Shown piece by piece: positions 47,890 through 57,704 of a stretch of DNA of 64,000 bases. This DNA comes from Phycisphaerae bacterium (GTDB lineage Bacteria; Planctomycetota; Phycisphaerae; SM23-33), in the NCBI GenBank assembly GCA_016931655.1, contig JAFGEJ010000200.1, forward strand, positions 6,015 through 70,014, written 5' to 3'. The notes beneath the pieces are model-generated. The model did no database searches, was not told where the DNA came from, and saw only the letters and a list, made by a program, of their open reading frames with translations. The position numbers and the translations under genes were made by a program. Positions within the stretch are counted from its first letter, which is position 1, and each line of letters begins with the position of its first letter.

Positions 47890-48660
47890 CTACGACGCCA
47901 ACAGGTCGCGGAGCGTCTCGGCGTCGGAGAGAAATTGATCCGTCGAATCATCCCGAACGGATTCGATCAGCGCGAAGTGGTCCCGTCCCGTCCCGTATAT
48001 GATATCCATGTACTCCCGCCAGAGCTCTTTTCCATCCGCCAGCGGAAGACGACGGGTTTTTCCGTCCGTCATCTCACTGTGGAACACATGGACATAGCTG
48101 AGATAGGGCAGGAACCGCCCCAGGGATTCCTCGCGCGTAGCCGGGTCGGCTTCGGGCGCCGGCTGCCAGTACAGGCGGAGATTTCCCGCGTCGACGGCCT
48201 GGACGAGTTCGACAGCCGAGACGGCCTGGTCCGTCAGTGTGTTTTTGTGATGCTCCAGGGCGATATCGATTTCTGCGCCCTCGGCCAGGGCGGTGATCCG
48301 CTGCAGGTCGTCCGTCACGGCGGCGCGATGCTGTTCATCGACTTCGGCGGCGCTCATTCCGCCCGCCCAGACGCGAATGATCGGCGCGCCCAGCGCCTGA
48401 GTGGTATCCAGAACGGACTGAAACGACAACCCCTGAGGCTCGCTTAGCCCGGCTTTGTAATACGATCCGTAGGACGCCACCGCCAGGCCCGCCTCGCGGG
48501 TGGCGGTTCCGACCCGAAAGGCCTTCTCCAGATCGCCGTGCGGTACGTGAACGTCCCCGCCCCATTCCACGCCCTCCAGTTCGGCGTGACTCGCCAGAAC
48601 GACGATCTGCTCCGCCGTCAAGGATCGAAACGCAACCGACGCCAAACCGCTTCGAATCAT
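47890..48660 (-). CDS. Sugar-phosphate isomerase/epimerase (xylose-isomerase-like TIM barrel)
   Basis: Start at MIRSGLASVAFR. AP-endonuclease-2/TIM-barrel pattern (...RVWAGG..., ...IALEHH...). 256 aa. Confidence 0.6.
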   Translation of the reverse strand: MIRSGLASVAFRSLTAEQIVVLASHAELEGVEWGGDVHVPHGDLEKAFRVGTATREAGLAVASYGSYYKAGLSEPQGLSFQSVLDTTQALGAPIIRVWAGGMSAAEVDEQHRAAVTDDLQRITALAEGAEIDIALEHHKNTLTDQAVSAVELVQAVDAGNLRLYWQPAPEADPATREESLGRFLPYLSYVHVFHSEMTDGKTRRLPLADGKELWREYMDIIYGTGRDHFALIESVRDDSTDQFLSDAETLRDLLAS

Positions 48661-48720
48661 GGTGTTCTCCCTGTTCCCGACGCCGGGGAGTCTATCGCGC
48701 GGTTCCCCGGATTGCAACGA

Positions 48721-49704
48721 TCAGAATGCCAGAACGCCTCGCACAGCCGGGTGGGCGCCAAAACGGAGGATCGCGGCACTGAGCGCCACATACAGCAGCA
48801 CAACCCCCCAAAGCACCTTGTCGGCAAATAAAACCGCGGCAATGTCGCCTTTGTGAATGCGCCTTCCAACGCGAATAAACCGAAATATGCCGTACATCAC
48901 CAGCGGGATCGTCCAGACCATGTGCGCCGAGCCGATGCGATGGATCGTCGACGGTGCAAGGCAATACAGGGCGTAGGACGTCACCGCCAGGGCCGTGGTG
49001 ACCGTGACCATGAAGTCCAGGTTTTCCATGCGATACCCCAAACTGGCGCGACGGGCGCCGCGGGCCTGTTCTTCGGACAATTCCGTCATCTCCGCGCGGC
49101 GCTTCGCCAGCGCCAGGAACAGGCACAGCGTGAACGTGCAGATCACCAGCCAGGGGCTGGTCGGAACGGCGATGGCGGCCGCTCCGGCCATCGCGCGAAG
49201 CACGAATCCCAGCGCCACCAGGATCACGTCGATCACCGCGTATCGCTTCAGCCAGAAGGAATACAGCAGGTTCAGCAAAAGGTATGCACCCGCCCAGACG
49301 GCGGTTCCCATGCCGCCTAAGGGTTGATTCGGATGCAATGGCTGCACGCCCGGAAGGACGGAAACCACAAGCCCGGCAGGCAGGAGTATCGCCGCGGCCA
49401 TCACCGCCAGTGCGGGCGAAAGACGCCCGGACGCCACGGGTCGATTGCATTTGTCGGGATGGGCGCGGTCGGCGGCGCGATCGGCAACGTCGTTGAGAAG
49501 ATACACTCCGCTGGACAGCAGATTAAAGGCGCCCACCGCCAGCAAACACCGCCACCAGGCGTCCCACTGCAAAAACGCGCCGGCAAAAAGAATCGGCGCC
49601 ATGACAAAGGCGTTTTTGACCCAATGTGTCGGACGCATGGCTTCGATCAGCGCATGGAAGCTTCGGCCGACCGAAGAGAAGGGCGATATGGATGGTTCCG
49701 TCAT
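48721..49704 (-). CDS. UbiA-family prenyltransferase, decaprenyl-phosphate phosphoribosyltransferase-like
   Basis: RPTHWVKNAFV and LNDVADRAADRAHP (NDxxDxxxD). 8-9 TM helices. Confidence 0.7.
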   Translation of the reverse strand: MTEPSISPFSSVGRSFHALIEAMRPTHWVKNAFVMAPILFAGAFLQWDAWWRCLLAVGAFNLLSSGVYLLNDVADRAADRAHPDKCNRPVASGRLSPALAVMAAAILLPAGLVVSVLPGVQPLHPNQPLGGMGTAVWAGAYLLLNLLYSFWLKRYAVIDVILVALGFVLRAMAGAAAIAVPTSPWLVICTFTLCLFLALAKRRAEMTELSEEQARGARRASLGYRMENLDFMVTVTTALAVTSYALYCLAPSTIHRIGSAHMVWTIPLVMYGIFRFIRVGRRIHKGDIAAVLFADKVLWGVVLLYVALSAAILRFGAHPAVRGVLAF

Positions 49705-49787
49705 CTCTGTAAAGCTCCCGCGCCGCCGGCGCGTTTTGTGTCACAGCCGTTTCAAGAGAATATCATTCTACCCGATCAACTCGCGGG

Positions 49788-51359
49788 GTGGAATCGTCAA
49801 TTCATATCTGTACAATATGTCGCATGGAATCCAATAAAACGTTAGAACGTCCGGCGACGAAAGAATGTCGTCTCGGCGTACCCGGCTGGCTGGGAATCGT
49901 GGTGGTCTTTGCCGTGCTCTACGGTGCAACGGCACAGCGCAGTGTCAACTGGCAGGACAGTGGTTCCTTCCAGTATCGCGCGCTGGTGGGCAACTATGAA
50001 AGATCCCTGGGTCTGGCACTGTCGCATCCCCTGTATATCGCCCTGGAGCAAGCCGTACTGTGGGTCGGCGGACACGAGCATTTTCCCCTGCTGACGAATT
50101 TACTCAGCGCAATGGGAATGGCGGTGGCCTTGGCAAACGTGGCTGTCCTTGCAACGTGGCTGAGCGGGCGCCGATGGATCGGGGTGCTGGTGACAGGGGT
50201 CCTCGGCCTGGGACACACCGTCTGGTGGCTGGCGACGATTTGCGAGACGTATTCCTGGAGCCTGGTCGGGCTGACGGGAGAATTGCTGCTGTTTACGGCG
50301 TTTCTGCGTCGGCCTCGCGCAATAACGCTGGCGGGTCTGGCGCTTCTCAGCGGCCTGGGGTTGTGCATCCATAACTTCGCACTGTTGCCCCTGCCGGTGT
50401 ATGGAATTGCCGCATTGGTGCTTGTTATTCGACGGCGCCTGCCGGCCTGGTCGCTGGCGACGGCGTTGGGCGCCTATCTCCTCGGCGCGGGGCTGTTTCT
50501 GACAATGATCGCCATGCAGGCTGTCCGGGAAGGCAACTTTCCGGGGGCAATCGCCTCGGCGCTGGTGGGCGAATTCGGCGGGGAAGTTACCAACCTCGTG
50601 AGCATTTCGAAATACTGGAAGGAAAACGCCCTGTTGTCAGGCATGAATTTTTTCAACCCCATGCTGCCATTGGCTGTGGTGGGCTGGATTCGGTTCCGCC
50701 GCCGCCTGGGTGGCCCCCTGGCCGCGGCGCTGGGGGCAATCACGCTGATCGAAATCCTCTTCTTCATTCGTTACCCCGTGCCCGATCAGTTCATGTTCAT
50801 TCTGCCCAGCCTGGTGATGATTGCCCTCGGGGCAGCAGTCGGACTGGCGGTCATCGCGGAGGCAAATCGCAACCTCCGACGGGCGGTGGTGGGTCTTTGC
50901 CTGCTCTCGCTGGCGGCCCAGCCGGTGTTCTACGCCTTCGCGCCGGACCTCGCCCGGCGCTTTCGCGGCAAACCACCTTCCCGCCGCGCGTTCCGCGACG
51001 AATGGCGCTACTGGCTGACGCCCTGGAAGCAGAACGAAACCTCCGCGGAGCAATTCAGCCGGGCGGTTTGCCACATCGTGAAACCCGACGCCGTCGTGCT
51101 GCTGGACACCACCGCCTTGCCGCCGCTGCAGGCTTATCTGGCAACTTCGCAACAGCGTCAGGATATCTCGGCAATGAGTCTGAAACAATTCGGTGCACTG
51201 AAACACGACGATCCCGCAATGTATCGGGAATGGGTGGAGCGAAGACCCATCTACATTCAGCCCGCCCCTTCAGAGAAAACGGCGAAGAAGCTTTTCGAGC
51301 GAGCAACGTTTTCACTTTGTCCCGAAGGTCTACTTTATCGCGTCGAACCCCAGCCGTAG
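49788..51359 (+). CDS. DUF2723-family polytopic membrane protein (GT-C-fold glycosyl/mannosyltransferase-like)
   Basis: Multi-TM N-terminal half plus a soluble C-terminal domain. Family resemblance only. The start may be MESNKT at 49824. Confidence 0.45.
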   Translation: MESSIHICTICRMESNKTLERPATKECRLGVPGWLGIVVVFAVLYGATAQRSVNWQDSGSFQYRALVGNYERSLGLALSHPLYIALEQAVLWVGGHEHFPLLTNLLSAMGMAVALANVAVLATWLSGRRWIGVLVTGVLGLGHTVWWLATICETYSWSLVGLTGELLLFTAFLRRPRAITLAGLALLSGLGLCIHNFALLPLPVYGIAALVLVIRRRLPAWSLATALGAYLLGAGLFLTMIAMQAVREGNFPGAIASALVGEFGGEVTNLVSISKYWKENALLSGMNFFNPMLPLAVVGWIRFRRRLGGPLAAALGAITLIEILFFIRYPVPDQFMFILPSLVMIALGAAVGLAVIAEANRNLRRAVVGLCLLSLAAQPVFYAFAPDLARRFRGKPPSRRAFRDEWRYWLTPWKQNETSAEQFSRAVCHIVKPDAVVLLDTTALPPLQAYLATSQQRQDISAMSLKQFGALKHDDPAMYREWVERRPIYIQPAPSEKTAKKLFERATFSLCPEGLLYRVEPQP

Positions 51360-51378
51360 TCGCTCGCGGAAGGGTTTG

Positions 51379-52299
51379 TTATTGCGCGTCAAGGAAGGAC
51401 CAGAGCATTTCGGCCTGTTCGTAGTAGGGCGCCCGGCCGGTGGGCGCTTGGCCGGGAGGAATGGCTGCGCTTTGTATCGTACCGTCGTCCGTGATTGTCG
51501 TTACCCCGCCATGGCCGAAGAGTACGTTGTATTTTTTCTCGTGACAACGGCCTCGCCATACGCGCTTTGCGCCGGGGTCTGACGATGTGGCGCTGTATTC
51601 CCGCGTCCAGAACGTATCGGCCAGCAGGGCGCTGAGGGCAGGATCGTACACCCCGCCGTCGGTGTCGTATGTATACTCCGTGTGCACGTAGGGAACCATC
51701 TGCCGTGTCGCGCCCCCACCGGAACCGCCGGGGATGTACTCCCAATGTCCGCTGGCGGCGAACCGATAGATCGCCAGAACGTCCGGGCCTCCCTTGGGAC
51801 TGGCGCGAAGTTCTTGCGCCCCGCGGAACAGGTCTTCGCTGTGCGGGAAACGAAGGCAATACGTGCTGAACTGGTCGGAGTAGGGGAAGTAGCTCGCTTT
51901 TCCGTCGCGCAAGGCGCCGTCGGCGCCGGGGCAGATCAATCCCTCCGCCGTAATGTAATGGGTATGCACAAGCGTCTGGAGGTTCACGCGGGCCATCTCG
52001 TCGGGGAATCGGCCGAACAGATCGGGATCGGCGGGATTTTGCGATCCGCCCCAATGGCCTGACAACAGCAGGTCCGGCTGGGCGGCGCTGCTGAAGGCGA
52101 ACGGCGGAAAGAGGCTTTGGTACTCGGCGGTGTACAACCAAAGCCCGGCGCTGAGATTTTTCAGTCCGGCCTGGCAGGCGGCCAGGCGGGCGCTGTTCCG
52201 GGCGGAGCGGACGGCTGGCACGAGAATCGAAACCAGAAGACTGATGATGGCAATAACAATCATCACCTCCAGTAACGTGAAACCCCGGCTCCTGTGCAT
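51379..52299 (-). CDS. Prepilin-type N-terminal cleavage/methylation domain protein with a DUF1559 C-terminal domain (planctomycete pseudopilin family)
   Basis: MHRSRGFTLLEVMIVIAIISLLVSILVPAV is a class III signal peptide. The C-terminus carries KYNVLFGHGGV, the DUF1559 NVLF-DG-V signature. Confidence 0.85.
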   Translation of the reverse strand: MHRSRGFTLLEVMIVIAIISLLVSILVPAVRSARNSARLAACQAGLKNLSAGLWLYTAEYQSLFPPFAFSSAAQPDLLLSGHWGGSQNPADPDLFGRFPDEMARVNLQTLVHTHYITAEGLICPGADGALRDGKASYFPYSDQFSTYCLRFPHSEDLFRGAQELRASPKGGPDVLAIYRFAASGHWEYIPGGSGGGATRQMVPYVHTEYTYDTDGGVYDPALSALLADTFWTREYSATSSDPGAKRVWRGRCHEKKYNVLFGHGGVTTITDDGTIQSAAIPPGQAPTGRAPYYEQAEMLWSFLDAQ

Positions 52300-52508
52300 C
52301 GCGCGAATACCTCCCGACGCCTTTTTTCAAAGGCAAGAAACCATTATCCACGACCCGGTCCGGGGTGTCAACTGTGCGGCACGTGAAATACACCGCGTTT
52401 GGGCGAAAAAGGACGTTTTTCAGCAATGGCTTGCAATTCGGCGGGGGGGATTTCATAATCCCGTGTAATGAAATCCCCATTCGTTGTATCTCCCGCGAGG
52501 ACGTTCCC

Positions 52509-53384
52509 ATGGCCGCCACGCTAGCCTGCATCGCCGAGGAGGAAATCCACCGCCAATGGGACGCCGGCCTGCTGAAGGGCCAGGCGCTGGGCCGTCGCGC
52601 CACGCCCTACGGCGACAGCGGCGATATCTTCCGCGCGGGGAATGACGAGACGGCGTTCTACCTCCTGGCCCGCTGTGGTTCCGGAATGGACCGAATCGCC
52701 CCGCATCGCGTCAACGCGCGGGCGAATCTGTACGCACTGAAGGACCTGGGCGTGCATTGCATTCTCGGCTGGGGGCCCGGGGCCGCCATCACGCACAACA
52801 TCGCCGAGGGCGACCTGGTGATTCTCAGCGACCTGATCGACCAGACGCATCTGCGCCCGCGGACGTTCTTTGAAGATTCGCCGCTGGGGGAGCTGCGCCA
52901 GTTTCCGGTGTTCTGCGAGGAACTACGCCGCCGGCTGGCCGGGGCGCTGGAAGGCCTGAAACTGGTGTACCACGCCACCGGCACGGCGGCGGTGCGGGAA
53001 GGGCCGCGTTTGGAAACGCCCGCGGAGGTCCGCATGCTCTCGATGCTCGGCGCGGAGATCGTCACGCACACGTTCGCGCCGGAGGCGTTTCTCGCCCGCG
53101 AACTGCAGATGGGCTACGCGGCCGTCTGCTACGTCACAAGCTACGCCGAAAGGGGCAGCCGCCATCAACCCTTCGCGGCTGGGGAATTGTTCAAGGACCT
53201 GGGCTACGCCGCCGAAGCGGACCGCCGCGGCGCCGCCGAGGCCCTGGGACGCATCGCCGCGCAACTGGCGGGCGGCCTGGCGGAGCTGGACCTGAAGACC
53301 TACCCCCCAGCCGCCTCCCAGACCGACCACGTCGGGCAGTACAACCTCCCCGCCGACTGGCGCGAATGGTTCGAACATCGATAA
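52509..53384 (+). CDS. Purine-nucleoside / 5'-methylthioadenosine phosphorylase family protein (PNP/MTAP fold)
   Basis: ATG 52509 preceded by GAGGACG. GDLVILSDLIDQTHLRPRTFFED and THTFAPEAFLARELQMGYAAVCYVTSYAE resemble MtnP motifs. Confidence 0.6.
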   Translation: MAATLACIAEEEIHRQWDAGLLKGQALGRRATPYGDSGDIFRAGNDETAFYLLARCGSGMDRIAPHRVNARANLYALKDLGVHCILGWGPGAAITHNIAEGDLVILSDLIDQTHLRPRTFFEDSPLGELRQFPVFCEELRRRLAGALEGLKLVYHATGTAAVREGPRLETPAEVRMLSMLGAEIVTHTFAPEAFLARELQMGYAAVCYVTSYAERGSRHQPFAAGELFKDLGYAAEADRRGAAEALGRIAAQLAGGLAELDLKTYPPAASQTDHVGQYNLPADWREWFEHR

Positions 53385-53418
53385 AACGCGGGGCGTGCAA
53401 TCTTATGGGGATAGGCTC

Positions 53419-54459
53419 TTACTTCCCGATGTTCAGAAGCTCATCGGAGAACTCCGCCAGACCGATGCCCTGGGACGGGTTCGGGAGCGGTTCATCGCCG
53501 TAACGCGGTTTTCCATCGTGCACGGCGGCCAGGCCGGTGTAGAACAGCAGAACTTTACCCCGCCACCGGACGGGCTGAGCCACAGCGATCACGCTGCCGC
53601 AATCGAATCCACCCCGCGGACCGAGCGGAAGAATGGGTGTTCTGTCATTCTCGCGTTTCCACACCCAGCCGTTCGGACTGCTCAGAAGCTGCACGTCCAT
53701 TGTCTGATCTTCGGTATGGTGACAGTTCAGCAGTCCGCCGAAACCGCCCGCTGTCGTCCGGAAAGGCGTCAGCCAATAAAACTGCACGTCGGGAACGTCC
53801 TGCTCGTCGGGTTCGAAAATCGTGATCGGCCCCCGCCAGCCGCCCGCGAAATCCTCCGCCACCCAGAGCGAAATCCGCCGGTGCATGTACTTCAGGTTGT
53901 CCCGATCGGCGGGCAGGAGCGGATTGTACTTCCAGGTCTGCTGGTAGATGAGGGTTGTGGCCTTTTTGCGGGTCGGGTCCAGGTTTGGTTCGGTGGTAAT
54001 CATGGACATGGCGTCGTTGTGGTTGATAATCACCGGCCGCGTGTGCACGGGCTGCCAGTCCAGGCCGTCAGCGCTTTGGGCGAGGCAGATTCCCGCCTTC
54101 ATCGACTCGTCAGGCCGATCCCAATACACCATTTTCCACCGGCGGGCCGGATCGGTTTCTTGCGGGTTTCGGAGAATCGTCGCGGGCATGAATTCGCCCC
54201 AGCCGCACTGGTTGCCGCAGCCGCGCATGACGATATTGGTTCCGTCGCCGCAATCCGGTTTTGTCCAGGCACAGCCGTCCCGCGATCGGGCAAGGCAAAG
54301 CACATTGTTCAGCGACTTGTCCTCGAACCGAACCAGGTAATACAAAAGAAGATCGTCGGTTTCCTCGTCCGGAATCGCGGCGACGGCGAGAAACGACGAA
54401 TCCTTTTCCCATTCCTGATCGGCGGGGAAAATCGGCTGGGAAGATCGGTTCAAAAGCAT
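53419..54459 (-). CDS. Hypothetical beta-propeller glycoside-hydrolase-like protein (GH43/GH32/GH117-like fold, tentative)
   Basis: 346 aa, Trp/Gly-rich repeats (WGEFMPATI..WKMVYWD..WQPVHTRPVIINHND..). No signal peptide. Confidence 0.35.
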   Translation of the reverse strand: MLLNRSSQPIFPADQEWEKDSSFLAVAAIPDEETDDLLLYYLVRFEDKSLNNVLCLARSRDGCAWTKPDCGDGTNIVMRGCGNQCGWGEFMPATILRNPQETDPARRWKMVYWDRPDESMKAGICLAQSADGLDWQPVHTRPVIINHNDAMSMITTEPNLDPTRKKATTLIYQQTWKYNPLLPADRDNLKYMHRRISLWVAEDFAGGWRGPITIFEPDEQDVPDVQFYWLTPFRTTAGGFGGLLNCHHTEDQTMDVQLLSSPNGWVWKRENDRTPILPLGPRGGFDCGSVIAVAQPVRWRGKVLLFYTGLAAVHDGKPRYGDEPLPNPSQGIGLAEFSDELLNIGK

Positions 54460-54759
54460 GCTCTATCCTCTTGTTGAGTTTCAATCCTTCCACTTCTTGG
54501 AAAATTTCAGGACAAGCGAATGGACTCTCTAGGAATTTCTCTGATATACTTACAAGACGAGAAGACTATCCGGATATTTTGACGGCTGCAAGAATACATT
54601 TTCCCGTATCGGATAGATTGACCAAGTCCGCTGGATAAGCCGTTTGTGGGTACATATGCATAAATATCGCCTGTATCTTACGAATCGTTTTTTTCGCGAT
54701 AAACTTTACTATCGAATAGAAGTTAGCGATCTTGGAAAACAAATTTCCCTGCAACAAAA

Positions 54760-55701
54760 TTGCATCAGAGAGAAAGGCCTGGCGACGTGCGAGTAAATAA
54801 TATTCCACAAGCTTTTCCCTACCAAGGAAGCAAGCGAAAGCTAGCGTCAGTGATTCTCGCCTGTATTCCGAAAAACACACGCCGACTGGTGGAACCATTT
54901 GCGGGTTCCGCTGCCATATCGGTGGCGGCTGCCTGGAATGAAAGGGTAGATTCGTTTTGGCTCAATGATGCACATTCGCCTCTCATGGCACTATGGAATG
55001 CCATTCTCAACGCTCCCCTTGCTCTTGCCGACGACTATGAGAAAATCTGGACGGCGCAGCAGGGACGCGAAAAAGAGTATTACAATGCTGTCCGGGACAG
55101 ATTTAATCGGGATTCCCAGCCGGCGGATTTCCTTTTTCTCCTAGCACGATGCGTAAAAGCGGCGATTCGATATAACAGGAGTGGAGAATTCAATAACAGT
55201 CCGGATCACCGCCGTCTCGGAATGAAACCGGAGACAATGCGCAAAAATATCCTGATGGTTCACGAGGTATTGCGAGACCAGACAATGCTCACAACAGGGG
55301 ACTTCAGGGCGGTTCTTCGAAAGACGCGAAAAACAGATTTTGTCTATATGGACCCGCCATATCAAGGGGTCTGTAAAAATAGGGATAACCGATACGCGAA
55401 AAGCGTGGTATTCGAGGAATTTGTTAAGGAATTGAACGCTTTGAACGAGAGACAAATTCCCTTCATTGTCAGCTATGACGGCCGCACGGGAAACACGATA
55501 TACGGGGAGAAATTGCCTGAGTCCCTTGATTTGTTTCACAGTGAAATTTTTGTCGGAAGATCCACGCAGGCGACATTACTTGGCCGAAGTCACGATACAT
55601 ATGAATCGCTGTACCTGTCTCCGTTAGCGGTAAGAAGACTTGGTGATATTCCGAGAGTTCTTCGGGAAAACGAATCGACGGTTCAACTGTTGTTCGATTA
55701 A
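54760..55701 (+). CDS. Dam-family (D12 class, alpha group) N6-adenine DNA methyltransferase
   Basis: AFPYQGSKRKL...LVEPFAGSAAIS is the AdoMet-binding motif I region and VYMDPPYQG is the DPPY motif IV. Collinear with E. coli Dam. TTG 54760, or GTG 54787 with AGAAAGG upstream. AT-richer than the flanks. Confidence 0.8.
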   Translation: MHQRERPGDVRVNNIPQAFPYQGSKRKLASVILACIPKNTRRLVEPFAGSAAISVAAAWNERVDSFWLNDAHSPLMALWNAILNAPLALADDYEKIWTAQQGREKEYYNAVRDRFNRDSQPADFLFLLARCVKAAIRYNRSGEFNNSPDHRRLGMKPETMRKNILMVHEVLRDQTMLTTGDFRAVLRKTRKTDFVYMDPPYQGVCKNRDNRYAKSVVFEEFVKELNALNERQIPFIVSYDGRTGNTIYGEKLPESLDLFHSEIFVGRSTQATLLGRSHDTYESLYLSPLAVRRLGDIPRVLRENESTVQLLFD

Positions 55702-56435
55702 TGGGTTCTTTTCATCGTGTTTTTAATGAATACAACCAGGGAGACGCCGGTTTGTTCGCACCGTTTCCGCAATCGCTCATATTCCGCCACTTCCTCCGGT
55801 CCTATCCAGACAATCTCAACTCTGCGTCTCTCCTCCATTGCTATATGCTCATATTTTTCCGGGGAAGCCCAATAACATCGTTTACACGTTGCCGATCGTT
55901 TGAACTCCATCCAATTCCTGCAATGTTCACAAGACCAGCTTTTTTGTCGTTGCGCCGCCGTTGAAATCAACATAAATGCTGAAGGGTTCTCTTCGCCTGA
56001 AATTTGATCGCCCGCCACTTCATATGGAATTCGATGGTCTATGGAAAGATATCGCGGATGAAACGGTTCGCCCGTGATCGCGCAAACGGCCCCTCGTTGT
56101 TCAACGAGTAGTTTCTTGAATGCTTTTGAAAATACTTTTCGTCCTCCAAGTTTATGATGTTCAATTTTTGAAGGATCGCCGAAAATATATGCCGCGATAA
56201 GACGTCCGTCAGAATTACGAACTCGGATCGTATCTAGGGGAATTCCCTGTTCCCGAACATCGCGCGCGGCACGCGGAGCGTGGTTGTAACCGTATATATT
56301 TTTGAGATCCTCCGTTGTAATTTTACCGTGTTTTAGAATGTGGTTTATGACAGCCAGTGGTCGTTTGCCTGTAACTCTTCTGATCTGTGCTCGTATTTTC
56401 GGATGAACTTTCGCCATACTATTCTCATTCAACAC
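55698..56435 (-). CDS. HNH-family endonuclease, putative restriction endonuclease partner of the methyltransferase
   Basis: SIDHRIPYEVAGD ... CEHCRNW ... CKRCYW form an HNH core with Cys pairs. Convergent with the MTase and overlapping it by 4 nt. Same AT-richer composition. The start could be MAK at 56417. Confidence 0.6.
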   Translation of the reverse strand: MLNENSMAKVHPKIRAQIRRVTGKRPLAVINHILKHGKITTEDLKNIYGYNHAPRAARDVREQGIPLDTIRVRNSDGRLIAAYIFGDPSKIEHHKLGGRKVFSKAFKKLLVEQRGAVCAITGEPFHPRYLSIDHRIPYEVAGDQISGEENPSAFMLISTAAQRQKSWSCEHCRNWMEFKRSATCKRCYWASPEKYEHIAMEERRRVEIVWIGPEEVAEYERLRKRCEQTGVSLVVFIKNTMKRTH

Positions 56436-56657
56436 GTTGAAAATTTACTTCGTAACGCGGATGCGCGGAACTATGTGGCCTTCCCGTCGTAAAAGGATGA
56501 AATCACAGAACATATTTTATTTTCTGAAATTTGCGCATGTTATAACCGCCAAGAGGGAACCCGGCAATTTTAATTTGACGCCAGGCATTGGCGAAAAGGA
56601 TTTCATTACTGAGTACGGTTTCTCAAAACGCGCGAAACATCATTCTGGTGGAACAGA

Positions 56658-57512
56658 TCATCCCATGGGAATGGTTCCGACGGCGCGGAAGCGGCCTGGC
56701 GTCATGCCCAGGATGTGCTTGAAGGTGCGCGTGAAATGCGCGGGCGCGTCGTAGCCGAGGCGCACGGCGATTTCCTTGTGCGTCAGTTGGGTGGTTTTGA
56801 GCAGCCGGCAGGCCAGCAGCATCTTTTGCCGCAGCATATACCGCCGCGGCGTCCGGGAGGTCTGCTCCTTGAAGATGCGCGTCAGGTGCTCGCGCGAGAC
56901 CCTCAGCCGCTCCGCCAGCTCCGATACGTTCATGTTTTCGTGCAGGGTCTCGCGGATGATCTCGACGGCCCGGGCGGCCAGGCGGTTGCCCATATTGTCC
57001 TGACGGGGTTGTTCTTTGCTCTCGGCCAGCTCCGTCAGAAGACGTATCGCCAGCCGGCTGGCGAAGGCGGGGGAAATCCGAGGCCGGGCGTCATGGTAAT
57101 CGGCGAAAGACAGCATCTCCGCCACGACGCCGTCCTCACGCGGCAATTCATACACCGGCCCGTAGCGATGCAGCAGTTCACGCACCATCTCGAAGGCCGG
57201 CGCACCGGTAATGCTCATGTACACGAACGACCAGGGCTTGCTCGCGGCGGCGGGATAATAGTAGGCCGTCGCGGGATCGCGGATTTCACACAGAAACCCG
57301 CACCCGGCTGGGATTCGATGCTCGCCCGCGGCGTCGCGGAACACACCCTCCCCAGCCAGCGTGTATTTGAACAGGCAGGTCTCCTCCCTTCGCCGATATC
57401 GGCCTTCATGATGATACGACGGCTTGGAAACCGTCTCGCTGGCGACGGTGATTGCCCGCGGCAATGACGCCATCGGACGAAAGATCTGAAAATTCACGGC
57501 CCAGTGAATCAT
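56658..57512 (-). CDS. AraC/XylS-family transcriptional regulator (cupin + dual HTH)
   Basis: C-terminal ...MNVSELAERLRVSREHLTRIFKEQT...LTHKEIAVRLGYDAPAHFTRTFK... Divergent from the GH4 glycosidase gene. Confidence 0.8.
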   Translation of the reverse strand: MIHWAVNFQIFRPMASLPRAITVASETVSKPSYHHEGRYRRREETCLFKYTLAGEGVFRDAAGEHRIPAGCGFLCEIRDPATAYYYPAAASKPWSFVYMSITGAPAFEMVRELLHRYGPVYELPREDGVVAEMLSFADYHDARPRISPAFASRLAIRLLTELAESKEQPRQDNMGNRLAARAVEIIRETLHENMNVSELAERLRVSREHLTRIFKEQTSRTPRRYMLRQKMLLACRLLKTTQLTHKEIAVRLGYDAPAHFTRTFKHILGMTPGRFRAVGTIPMG

Positions 57513-57704
57513 GATATCACAAATTGGATAGTAATATCATTATTATACCCTTGCAACTTATATTTTGTGAGATATTCTTGATATTGAGGATGTGCACAAA
57601 ATGGTAAATTCATTGGTTGGTTGACCGGCGAATTGGCAACTCGGCCTATCGAGATGAGAGACAAACAGATGGAGTATTCCATCCGTCGAAGGAGTTGAAG
57701 AGAC

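Noticed and set aside
51389-52603. 404-aa minus-strand ORF overlapping the DUF1559 pseudopilin gene
   Set aside because: Alternate-frame artefact. The 51379..52299 frame carries the prepilin signal and the DUF1559 motif.
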